From Bugula neritina (lineage: Eukaryota > Animalia > Bryozoa), in the NCBI GenBank assembly GCA_964035545.1, contig OZ037765.1, positions 6,458,698-6,522,697 of the forward strand: a stretch of DNA of 64,000 nt, given 5' to 3'. The notes beneath the pieces are model-generated. The model saw only the letters and a program-made list of their open reading frames with translations. It was not told the origin of the DNA and searched no databases. The stretch's first letter is position 1, and every line of letters starts with the position of its first letter. A program made the position numbers and the translations under genes. Of the stretch, positions 10,645 through 23,332 are shown one piece after another.

Positions 10645-10857
10645 TGTTAGATTACCACAATGTAATAGTATGTCTTACCAGTGATAAAGCTGCTAGATGA
10701 AAGAGACCGTTCACTCTGTTTGTCTGGGTTTTATCTGCCTTAGCTTGTAGCTATCTCAGCTATACGGTGGCTGGTAGGGCAACTCTTAGTAACACGATAG
10801 CTCAAGTATCTGATAGGCTATTGTCATTAGCTAAACTCTCAGCGTGCCACTATAACA
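10645..10857 (-). repeat. 5' LTR (213 bp)
   Basis: Identical by eye to 6577-6789. Confidence 0.95.
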
Positions 10858-12084
10858 GTAATAATAAGACTAAAAGTAACAACTGCAAGTTGAAGTAAAT
10901 CAAATTCAATTTAAATTTTAATTATTTATTCCAGTATTATTATCTGATAGTGATTAACATTACCATTATGATTATGATATTCATATTGATTATCATTATG
11001 ATTATTATGAGATTATGATTATAACATTAACAATAACTGTTTATTAAAGCTAGCCGTACAGAACAAAGGGGAGATACTAATAGCCAATAGGTGAAAATTA
11101 TTAATAATTATTATAAATATATTGTCTTAAAGTTTCAGTAACACTTACACTTGCACTGATACTTATACTTTAGGGAGGATGCTAAACCAACACGTCATGG
11201 AAAATACAAGAACTACAAGTATATTGTGTTTTTCAATTTTAACCTTTTTGGGCAATGTTTAGTAACCGTCTACAATCTTAATTATTTGTGTACGCGGAGG
11301 CTTCGTACTTCTCGAAACAAAAGATTTGAATGTTTTCAGAACGAGGGCTCTGTTCATCGCGGTCCAACTTCATAATAAATAATTGACTTTCATTGATCTC
11401 TTTTTTACAAATATTGTTAAACAAGTTTGAAATCGTAAAGACATATCAATAGCTGTTGCCGTACAAATCTGGTATTAAATAAAGCAACTCAGAGTGATGA
11501 ATTTTAAAAACGATCCTAATGCAAAAACAAATTTTTCAGCACTTTGCTCACCAATGACATTAATGCAGGGCTAGATGTAAAACTAAATGTGGAGCATGGC
11601 CTAGCCCTGCGCTTTTAGAGTTGGAGAACAAAAGCAAAATAAAAATGATTAGGTTTGGGCTTAACATTTAGTTTTACTTTTACTTTTAGTTTTACTTTTA
11701 CTTTTAGTTTTAGTTATCATTTACATTAAATTTAATCATATCATTAAAATCATTATGATTATCATTATAATTAATCAGATTATGATTATGAATATGATAA
11801 TCAAAATGACAATTATTATCACTGTTTATGATAATGATATTGATTATCATTAAATTTAATTATAATTCAGATTATCATATTGATATTTATTGCGATCATT
11901 TACTTTTAGTTTTAGTTTTACTGTTACTGTTTACTGTTACGATCATGATTATAACTATAAGTATACTTAGTCTTATACTAACTTATAGTTATTACAATAA
12001 TAAAGTGAATAAATATAATTATAATTAAAATTGTAACAATATTATAATTATTAATATTGAATTTAATAGTATTACAAACTCGGT

Positions 12085-12810
12085 ATCACGTCCCTTGTGT
12101 GGACAGTAAGCACCAAATATCTTGGGGTAACCATCCAGTCAGACCTAAAATTTGATTAGCATATAGACAATAAGCGGAGATCAAGTGGAGGGATCAAGCA
12201 CTTGATGTATGATGTCTCAAAGGAAGCTAAGCTACTGGCTTATATAAGTCTATGCAAGCCTATACTTGATTAAGCAGATGTAGTTTTGGATCCTATGACT
12301 AGAAGCAAGGTGCATAATATATCACTAATCTAGAACAGTGCCATACAGTTCATAAGCAATCTGAAGGGACACACTGACAGTGTATTTGAGGCGAGGAATG
12401 AGTTAGGGCTTCGATCGCTGGAAGACAGAAGAAAAAAATCATCGACTATGTTTACTGACCTGAAATCTTCAGAATGAGGATCAACACCGAACTCTATCCA
12501 GAGACTATGATAAGATTATTGAAGACAGGGAGCTTGTAACTGTAACCACCCGAGCGGCTGCCAGAGGAGAGATTCTTTCTATATCAGCTAGGAAAAGCAT
12601 GTTCCACTTTGTTTTCTGCCACAAACAATTCATGAGATTCGCGGTGAATATATCAACTAACTACAACACAGCGAATGCTGTAGCAAATGCTAACCCTGGT
12701 GTAATATAAGTTGTCACTAGATGCTTCCCTATAGACATTCCAGTTACTGCGAAAGTCCTACTTCAACTGAGGTAATAAACTGAGGTAATATTTATCAAAA
12801 ATAAATAACA
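12085..12810 (+). mobile_element. Decayed 5'-truncated CR1-group LINE (RT C-terminal region plus 3' UTR)
   Basis: Translates TKYLGVTIQSDLKFD*HIDNK and KLLAYISLCKPILD*ADVVLDP...ELGLRSLEDRRK, the KYLGV and post-RT motifs of CR1/L2-group ORF2, with several stops. Boundaries approximate. Confidence 0.8.
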
Positions 12811-14323
12811 TAATGATAATCTTTTGTTTATTATAATTATTTTTATTATAATATAGTAACTCCTTATAATTATAGAATTTTATAATTATAGTTTACCGTT
12901 ACATTTGAGGTCACAAATTTTATTATTCGTAATAATTATATCTATTTGCTCAAATTTAGTTTTATTAGTATTACATTTCAATTTTACCACAATGCTTAGT
13001 TTAAATCAAACTAACTAGATTGTGTTTAGATTTATTCTGTATTTTCATTTTCATTTTAGCTTACTAAAAGCTTTATAGTTATTGATTTACTGTAAAGTGT
13101 TTATTGATGTTATTTCTGATAACATCATTTGTGATTACTCAGGATTACCATAGTTATTATTACTATTATGCCATCATTATCGTTATGATTATTAGTCATA
13201 GTCATGGTCATTTTATTATTTTTATACCTATACTACAGTCTATTGCTGTTAGTAACTTTATTTCAAGTTGCACTCAGCCTTTTAATTTATCATCAACTCT
13301 TGCACTGCTATTGTTAGACTTTCTCTTACAGTTGAACTTCCTACATTTATTTCTATACAGTTAGACCAATGAAAGTATCAACATAAGTGACTTTTTATAG
13401 ATGAAAATATCAACTAACCGTATTAATTGATATTTTATTGAAAGTAGAAAAAAAGTTTTCAAGTAGGTAATTAGCAGTATTAGTATGCATTTTTTGTATG
13501 ATTAAACATTTTAGTATTAGACTAGTATATAATTATTATTATTACTATAATTAACTTTAATTCTGTTTATAGATCTGAAGTATTTACTTTCAATAATTTA
13601 CTAATAATAAGTAGTCTACTAATGTGAATATATAGTTTGTAAAAAGTACTACAGATGGGCATAGGGTTTTTATAAAGAATATACTTGGCTTGCTAATCGC
13701 GCAACTCGTAGCAGTAATCAACATAGTATAACTTGTTATTCAATAAAAGCTTAGAGTAAGGGTGAAGCTTGACTAGAAACACTAACTACTTGATTCAATG
13801 TCAACAGTCCGACTCCATGTTCTGACTTCTATTACTCAACTCACTTCAAGAGTCTCAAATACAAATTTATTTACAATTTATGTTTTTTTTAATAAAATTA
13901 TATAAATTATATACATTTGTAAATATGCAATTTGCATAAATTTATAAAGCATATATCAATATACGAAGGGGTTGTCTTACCATCTAACTAAAAAAACCAT
14001 TGGTGGTTTTTGATATCATTAATGATTACACTGTATAAATTGTGTTCTAATTTTATCTTGAACTTGGAAATAAATGGGAAATTTATATCATCTGTTTAAT
14101 TAGATATGAGCCTTTACCAGTTACAATTGTTGCCTAATCTACTTATAAAAAGTTCTGCTTTAAAGAATTGAGAAATAATAAACTGTTTTTACCTTGGATG
14201 GTGCAATTTATAAAATCTACTGACAGTTCACAAAAGGGCATTAAGTTCCATTTATATTGTTGAACAATTCAGTTTTCAATAGGTTACCCTATTTGATATT
14301 AAATGTGGTAAATTTTATTTAGA

Positions 14324-15015
14324 ATGTCTGAAAGAAAAAACCATTATGGTTTGGTCCATGGGCCTATGGAAACTTATGCACCTGCGGTCTACACCCCACT
14401 CACAAGAATGACAGAGCACTGGTAAGTAAATGGGCATCCTTAATATTTCTACCAAGTAGTCACTTTAAGGTATTACTGCTATGTGGTCAACCTAGCCACC
14501 ATCTCACAGATTCAACCAGTGGTCAGTCTGAATGTACAACTCAACAAATATGACTTCATCAGTAGGACATGGTATTTCGTTGAAAGCACTTAAAACCTTT
14601 TACCCCATTGCCACTCGCGTACGAATTTACTTTCACTGCATTATCATTACCAATAGTAGATATTATATAAAAACATTGATACAGGTTCACCTACTCGGAC
14701 ACTGCGTGTGCGCAACACGAACGTCTATTAATTCGATGTGCCTTTCAAATGAGTAAGGATCAGATGTACAAGAAGTGTAGCAAGGAGTTGGACGACTTTG
14801 ACGAATGTATCAATAAAAAGAAGCAGGTAGGTTGAACCCAGTATTGCAGATATAGTCGACGTTTCAATCATGCAAGTACATATTATACTAAAATTTCAAA
14901 TGCTGTTAAATTTTAGCTTGCCAGATACAAATTAATCCAGCAGGAAAGAGAAAGACAAAACAAGTTTGAAAAACCTCCCCCTCCTGGATCTTACATTGAT
15001 GAAGAAAAATATTAA
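14324..15015 (+). CDS. NDUFS5: NADH:ubiquinone oxidoreductase subunit S5 (twin CX9C protein), 3 exons, 112 aa
   Basis: Exons 14324-14421, 14685-14826 and 14917-15015 join in phase via GT-AG: MSERKNHYGLVHGPMETYAPAVYTPLTRMTEHWFTYSDTACAQHERLLIRCAFQMSKDQMYKKCSKELDDFDECINKKKQLARYKLIQQERERQNKFEKPPPPGSYIDEEKY*. CX9C...CX9C, DDFxEC and the C-terminal PPP match NDUFS5/ND-15. AATAAA at 15081. Confidence 0.85.
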
Positions 15016-15287
15016 GGCAAAATGTGTACTTGATTTAAAGAAAAAAGTGTTAACGCATGGTTTGGGAATGTGTTTGATATAATAAATTTCTGTTGAGTGA
15101 TTTGTGGCTTTACACCCTGGACAGTTTTATTTATTATATATTCCATTGAAATTCTAGAAAATACAGCTTCATGGTTTACAACAACTGATAAGAAATGGTC
15201 AAATATTTATACTGAAATAAATGGGAGAATTAAATGTGTGTTATTAATATTTAACTCATTAAAAAATATATGGATTCAGAATCTGCA

Positions 15288-18200
15288 TCAGGTTGGTTCA
15301 GATTCACTGTCTTCGGTTTTTTCGTTGGTGAGAATACTATAAACAGCTATATTTCTACGTTTGAACTTCTTAACTGGATCATTTGAGATCTTTCCAGCAT
15401 TATCCTACAATAGCATATGCGTTACGTTGAACAGAGGATAAAATTTAATTAATGCAGGTGGTTGAATAATATTCTTATTCAACAAACAGCAAGAGTAGAT
15501 TTTATTTAATGAAAAACCTCGGTCATTTTTGAGATCCATGTAGAATAAAATATGGTTAAATTTCACAAATGAAAGTTATAATGTAACAATACGAGATACT
15601 GTGCCATAAATAATTCAAACGAAAGTATCATTGAAATTGTCATTACCATGCGCCCTATTTACATTACAATTAGCAATATTTCCAACTTACTACTAACATG
15701 TAGTAACTAGAGCTTACCAATTCAACATCCATAATGGAGGGCTTACTTGGCCCATCATCTGAACATCTTTTTCTAATATGAATGTTGGGCACATCCGATG
15801 ACTCATTGCATGAACTATCAAAGCCAACCTTTGGTGATGGTAACATCATTGGTGACATTTTTATTGGTGATTGCTTACTTTTTGTGGTATCCATTGCACA
15901 TGGGTCTATAGAAGGTGTAGATTGCTCAACACAAATGGAACTAGACGCTTCATCATGCAGGAAATTCTCATCAATCGACTGGGAATGAATAAATGTGGGA
16001 AATTGTTCACTAGACGTTGTGTCATGCGTTGAGTCGTCAACCGATTGCGGCTCCTGGGAAACCGTTTCAACATCGGATTCAGCAGTTGTGGTGCCGGCAT
16101 CTTCTGGTTCACTTGTGTCTTGCGTGCCATCACTAGTCTCACTATCAATATTAATCTCTTCGGGATTCTCTTCATTCGATTGGCCACAAAATACGGCAAA
16201 TGGATCTGTTATTCCTAACATCTGGCAGAGCAATGTTGTCTGGGGATTCACCTGGTAATCAGAGAAGGGAATCTCATATATACCTTCAACTCTCTACATT
16301 ACACACAATCGTAGGCCCTGAGCCACGTGTTGTCAACTATTAACAAGGAATCAAGTTTTATTATAATATTGCATTTGTACACTAAAAGATGGGAAAAGGT
16401 GAGATTAATTTTATATAGTCAGAAAGTGTAATGGATTACCCGACACATAGGTTGCCTTCCTTTTCTTTTGTCGCTGGTGCCATCATATGGCTGTGCAGTG
16501 ATTTGAAAATTTTCAGGTAGAGTCAGATCACCACCAAAATCATCCAGAAGTCTTGTAATCTCAGCGTCTTTCACCCTGAAGTCATATCTAAAAAATCCAT
16601 TCAAAGCACTAATCTATGAGACCATTTTCTTCCAATATTAACGATGTAAATGTATGAATACACTAAATACAATATTTTTAATGAAACTGCAGAAATATTA
16701 CCAAAACTGAATTTCATATATATATTTGTGAAATATGTAATAATATATTTAGTTGCATCATGAAAAATTTTTTTGAAAAAGCTGAAAAAAAATTTTGTTT
16801 CAAGCCTATACAAAAGGAGCACCGATTAGGATAAACACAGATTTTTTCATCTAAAGTGCATTCACGAAACATGTAGCTTTTAATACCTTTCTTTGCATCC
16901 AACACCCGGCATGTACCTGGCAGAATCAGTAATGTTAAGCAAATGATTTGTATTTTTCAATATAACCAGCCATTCGGCATCAAGTTGTATTTTGTAAGGA
17001 GGCTCCATTGAACTTGGTAAGTCCAACACCTACATAAAATATTGTCAGTTGGTGTAATAAATTTCAAAATTCAAATATAATTACTACCAAAAAATAAGCA
17101 AACACATTTTTACACAATAAACATTACAAGTATATTATATACACCTGTAAGAAGCTTCTTTTAGGTAAACATTTGTCAAGAGCCAGGAATTTGGTTATTT
17201 TGTCTTCACCCTTTCCCTACAGGTCAGAACACAAGCAAGCTATGAGGGAAAAGCTATTGCTAAATAATATAGTCACTGTAATTGAAGGGCAAGATTGTCA
17301 AATCTATAGTATAAGGGAAAAGTGGTTAAAACACTGGAGACAGCTTAGCAATTAGATGGCTAAAAAAGCCTGTCCGTCACCACAAGAGCATTTCCAGAAA
17401 GAAAGTTAAGTGAAACAGGTTCAAAGATAAGACTGATTATGTAACAGTTGCAAGTGTTGCAGCTAATGCTATAGTTGGTGGACCAAATAAAAGTAGTAGA
17501 ACTTACATTTATTTTATTTTCAAATTTATAGTCGTCAAGAAAATTCTTTAATTACATGTTATCTTAATATTGACACAGATTACTAAAAAGCCAAATGGCA
17601 CATCTACAGACATCCCTTGACAAAAGCTGCCTGTATGCTTAACCAACAAATTTAAGAAAATATCTAATGTGGATTTCGCTAATGGCAATCACTATAAGCT
17701 TGTAATCAGGCATCAAATAGAAAAAATATGGACAGAATTTGCTATCTAAATAACATTTCCCACTTAGTACTGGTGTAAACACTAGTTATCACAATGCAGC
17801 ACCAAGGTGAGAAGTTGTCTACACATACCCGGTGTTTGATGACTGCAGGGTATTTACAATGCAGGTGAGCAGAAAACCAGTACTTGGGCTTTATGTGGGT
17901 TAAAACCTCTTGAGCAGCAGGACTTCCTAGAGTGTTTTGTAATATTTCATCTCTGAAGTGAGGCTTGCTGATAAAATAAATTGACAAAAACACAAAACTA
18001 TATGTGTGTTAGTTTAAAATTGAACACAAGCATGTATAATGGTGATTAAGAAATCACTCACTAACGGCACAACTGTTCCTTATTTCCAGCTTGAACAGCA
18101 TGTAATGGCCAATCATGGCTCAGCATTATATCTACATCTTTATACACCTACAAAATACAACATTATTAAAACAGCTGATGTGTTTTGATAAACATCATCA

Positions 18201-20266
18201 GAAAATTCTTACAAGTAGTAAACAGGGAATCAGTAAATTAAAATGTTCAACCTAGCAGTTCAGAATTCAAAATTTTCAAGTCCAATACAATTCCAGTCAA
18301 ATCATTTGACAATATTTCAAAATTTGGATAAGTTTCAAGAATGAGTTTCATTTGACTGTGGATAAAAAGAAGCAAATGTGAAACAAATTTAAGCTAAGAT
18401 AACATAAATGTTATATTTCTGAAATAGTAAAACCGGTAAAAATTTTCCATGTCCTTACAGAGATGGAAAACTTGAAATTTACATTCCTGCAGTATAAGCT
18501 ATAGTACAAAAACTGCTACTCAAGTTTAAAAGTATGAAGTCAAACGAATGAATACAAGTTGTCTAATTGAACTGCTTGAATAAACTCTGTTAACAAGAAA
18601 CAAGAAAAACACAGTTCATTGGTCTTAACTCTAATAGTATTACAGAATGACTCACCTGTTTCAACCGAAAAACTTCAAGAGATCTAGTGTGGTAGCAAGA
18701 GCGCATTGTAGCATCTGTATACGGTGGCTTTTCAAAATGACCTGAACAAATATAGGTAAAGATATGAACATAAATACTTCATTTAGTTTATTTTTTGCAA
18801 ATTGAATTATTTGCAAAACAATTTTATAAGCACAAAAAGACTTGAAAATTTAAATTTTCAATACCACATTATGCTTGATATAATTACATAAAATTTGCTT
18901 CTTTAGAAAAGAGTATGCCATATAATGCAAAGAGCAAACCAATGACTTTGAAAACTGAATCAGAGTGCGTATTTGACTTTATGCAAATGGTGATGAATCT
19001 CCAACGTTTCAAAGAGATCAAACAGTGTCTTAGAAACAGATGAGCAACAAAAAATTAAATTATATATCATGAGAAAGAAAGCAAATAGTTTTCAAGTGTT
19101 TTTCTACCAAATTGTAGAATATACTTCAACATACAAAATATTACGTTATTTATGTCAAGATCTATGGTTTTCAAATTATACAGAAAAAATGTATGTTTTT
19201 GAATAATGAGTACTAAACCAACATTGCATAGCTTAATAGCTTCCAAGTCATTTATCAATTCATCAAAACTTTTCTATTGCAACACATACAGTAACAACTG
19301 TATACATACACATGTAATGTTATCAAGCACAGTAGAACAATACCTTTATGGTAATCACAGCCTTTGTAAATTCCAGATATACCTCCAATTCTTAAACCAC
19401 CAACATTAACTATTCCTGCATAACCTGCAAGTTGTTTCAGTAATATATTAATATACATGGGAAGATAATTAGACACATACACTAGGTCTTCTAATTTCTT
19501 ATAGCTAATCTGGAAAATACATTCTTAAAAATCAAAACTCGTATTTGCTAATTTACAAGTAATCAGGTGCTACATTTGTAAAAAAAAATCAATCAAAAAC
19601 CTTGTTTAGCAAATTCCAAAATGATACTCTAATTGCACTGAGCAAAACATTTAATCCATTCACTTGCACTTTTACAGAATGAGTTTGAAACTTTAATGAT
19701 ATTTTTGCAGCATCCTTTAAGAAAATTAATCCACGCCAAAGCTGAAAACAAAACTATGGATGAGTACTTTAAATAAGAAAAAACCAAAAACATGGGTTTA
19801 GCACTGCTGAGATCCATCAATAACGTTATGAAAAATATCAATTTTAATACCCAAGTAATAGATATTTGGAGCCAACCAGCCTCCATATGGTAACTCCTGC
19901 ATGTAATTTGAAGCCTCATGATTTCCACCAATAACAATAGTCAAGATTGGTGCTTTCTTCTCTCCTTTATAATACCTTTCAAACAACAACAAATAAGTCA
20001 ATGTAGGATACAACTTGCCTAAAACTGGAGTAATTTTAAAATTACAGAGTGAGCAATACATGTACTTACTTGTAAAAATATTTCATGTCTCGGTATTTAG
20101 CAGGAACAGCCATGCACATCAAGTCATCAGGATTTCTAGTTGCTTCAAAATCTCCACACATTAATAATAAATCGATTTTTGTATCTTCGACATGTTGAAT
20201 ATGTTCAAGAACATCATAAATAATTTCAAGTTCGTCATGGCAACATCCCTCAACTGCTATCCTCAT
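15288..20266 (-). CDS. DBR1: Lariat debranching enzyme, full-length copy A (11 coding exons)
   Basis: Motifs [33 protein letters not shown] and NPQT; acidic tail; last exon 15404-15288 with [11 protein letters not shown] matching the conserved C-terminal KRRN motif. Confidence 0.95.
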
Positions 20267-20639
20267 ACTGAATTATCAGTGTTGAAAAGAGTGTTAAAAT
20301 ATCCAGTTTCTAAAATTATAATAAATTAAAAAAAATATTGCAATTGTGATATTTACCGCAAACACTTTGCATATTGTTATGGCTAATGCCATAAGAAATA
20401 GACTGCCAGTTTACAGTGATCATGAAAATTTTGCAAGAAAATAATACTGCAAATTGAAATAAATTAATTAGTCAGTCTTCAGTCAATTTTAATGACTACT
20501 GATTACAAATTCAAGTTATAATTTTGCTAAGTTAATACTATGTAGGCTAGGTGTTGCTCACCAGCTAGTCAAGTTCTAAGTAAGCACATTGGAGTTATCT
20601 ACACTCTAGGCTGGTTATAGCTAAAATACTATGGCTATT

Positions 20640-21070
20640 GTGATAAATTGACAATTAAACCAACAAGCTGATGAGAACATGCACCTTTTGCAATGAGAAA
20701 TGAGACAGAGTTCGCATCTTATTGCGCCATCCCTTGTAAAATGAATTCAGGCATAGTTCCACGCAGTTTATAAGACGTAGTGGCGAATAATAGTAACAGG
20801 CAGTGTGAGCTCCCAGTCTATACTACTCAGAGACTAGAACTCTTACATATATAAAAAATATATCCTACGAAAGGTTGAACTCGGGGGCACCCGACTGACA
20901 CTTGGGTGTCCGAATCGGCTAAGACAGACACCGAATATAATCGGGTCTTCGAATCCTCCGAAAGGACATCTCAAACAAGTATAAACTTAAAAACTTACAA
21001 AAAAGATTTCGCAAGAGTGTATAGGTTTATATAATAATAACAACAATAATAATAATATAAAATTTATCCC
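20640..21070. mobile_element. Unclassified insertion upstream of DBR1 copy A
   Basis: Absent from the homologous upstream region of copy B (about 28080-28095); CpG-richer, with an imperfect hairpin GGCACCCG...TGGGTGTC near 20886-20910 and a (TAA)n-like end. Confidence 0.4.
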
Positions 21071-22759
21071 CAGCTTCTTAGACATAATGATGATCTTATA
21101 CATATAATCATAATTTGACCATAATTTAACATGGCACTATGACAAATCCAAAAGAAAATTTAATTGTAGTGCATAGGAATCAGAACTTCAAGTTTAGTCT
21201 TAGCAATAGCAGAACAAAAGCATAAAGCAAAACACAAAAAAATAACTATTAATGTTAATACAAATTTTATTGGGCTCTAGGGGCAGGGCTTAGAACTAAC
21301 ATTAGCAGTTGTACTTTTTGTTAACCTTAATTTCGAATATGGTTAAACTTAAATGTAAATCTATTACCAATTTCTGATTAGATTAAATTTAATCATTAAC
21401 GAATATCAATTTAGATGAGATTATGATCATCACTATGATTACCACCAATAGTAACACTAATACTAATAGTAATACCAATAATACTATTAGTATTAGTATT
21501 AGTAGTGTAATAGTTATAGTAATAGTAAAACTTTAGTTTTACTGTTACAACAACTATTACACTACTAATACTAAACATAAAGTTAAATTTGAACACCAAA
21601 GGATAAATTTAAAACTGATAGTCTATGATAGTGATACTCATACTGATATATTTAAATTTTAAGTTTAAAAATAAAAAAGTAGAACTAAAACTTTTACAAT
21701 TGCTAACACTAACACTCATACTATCACTATCAGTATTAGTATTACCAACAGTAACAGTACTGAGTAACTATGACTATGTCACTATGATAGTGACTATGTC
21801 TATGACTATGAGACATGAGTATCAGTATCACTGTATGACTATCACATTCACTGTGAGATTGACAACTTATTGATTAAAAATTGATAAAATGAAATAGCAA
21901 TCACAATGACAATGAATGTGATTAGTAAACTTAACATTCATGATGACAACGGTCATATTGAATCTCATAATCGTTGTCATTACTATAAAGTGATTATTAA
22001 TATTATATATGAAATAAACATAATTATTTCAATCATTGATTCATTCATCACCTTGTTTGTCTAATTAGTAGACTCGGTTGCCAAAGCAGGTAAAAATTAG
22101 TTATTGTACATATATCAAATTTGTTTCTTGCAACGGGCTAAATCTCAGCACACAAAATGAAGTTATACTTCATCACTTTTATGGAGTTGTTTCCTCGACA
22201 AATCAACTATTGGCCAACTAGATAGAATACATTTTTTAGGGATCCTTTTGGTGGTATATACCGTATATTAGACAAAATAACGCTTATTATGCCAACTAGA
22301 TTATAATGTATGTTGAAAGAGTTAATTTTTATCCAAATATGGAGTTTAATAGCTGACAAAAACATCATAATAAGTGTCAACAGGTTGAGTAAAATTATGT
22401 CATTGTGTCATTATCTGAATGGGGGGACAGCAGCTGTACCCTTCCACCCACCCTTGGTTACAATTTATAAGATATTTAAAACTAAACACAATTATATATC
22501 ATTACACATATGGGTAATATAGTTTCGAATATTTTCGGTCAACTTTTGAGTTGGCTAGTTTAATAGTAGTTCAACTAAGTACATAAAGGTAGAAATAGCA
22601 TAGTTAAAGCTTTGGTTTCTCTTGCAACAGTTTTAGATTGTGTACATAATGTCATGGCATTGAAATGCAGTCTTTCCATGGTCTATTATGAAAGTTATAA
22701 AACTTATACATGAATAGTTGTAATGCATAATACACATATTTATCTTCTGTATTCAATAA

Positions 22760-23076
22760 TGTTTTTGAACATGAGCTTTCTAGCTTTTATTTCAATCAGA
22801 AGTACATGAAATGTTTGAGTTTACATTTGCATGACACAAACATTCACCAACAAGTGTTTGCCAAAAAATGTGATAAGCTATGAAATGGTAATAAATTTGA
22901 GAAAAAAAAACATGATAACAAATTCATAAGAAAAAACAAAACAAGTATAAAAAACCAGAGGTGCAGTGCTAAAATCTGCAAATGTTAACATTCCACTGCA
23001 ATAAAATACAAAACTTTAGTATTGACTGGAATATTAGGATAAGAGTGTGGAAGAAGATTCAATCCTTGATCAACCT
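22760..23076 (-). pseudogene. Duplicated, partly deleted last exon and 3' UTR of MRPL20
   Basis: 22040-23320 is homologous to about 28250-29366. It keeps GTTGATCAAGGATTGAATCTT...CCAGTCAATACTAAAG and an AATAAA at 22791-22786, but has lost the original acceptor and first codons. Confidence 0.8.
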
Positions 23077-23332
23077 GAATAAACCTTCACATCTGATTTG
23101 CATGTAACATCCATGAGTCTTATATATTAGTACTAGTAAGTGATTTTTATTTAAAGAAATATCCACAAATTCATTTACTTTGAAAAAAAATTAAATAATT
23201 ATGATAACTTCTTATAAATAAAACAACTTCAAACAAAAAAATTTCCTAAATTTCATGACTTAGGTGAAACACTGAAAAATGCCTAACATACAAAATAGGG
23301 TTAGCCTGGTATATATGGGCTCACTATCAATA

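Larger units (their letters stand above)
6577..10857 (-). mobile_element. Non-autonomous Ty3/Gypsy-type LTR retrotransposon (gag plus an extra ORF, no pol), recent insertion
   Basis: Two 213-bp LTRs (6577-6789, 10645-10857), identical by eye, with TGTTA...TAACA ends; 5-bp TSD GTAAT at 6572-6576 and 10858-10862; PBS next to the right LTR and PPT next to the left LTR give minus orientation; gag ORF with two CCHC knuckles; no PR/RT/RNase H/IN ORF. Confidence 0.95.
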
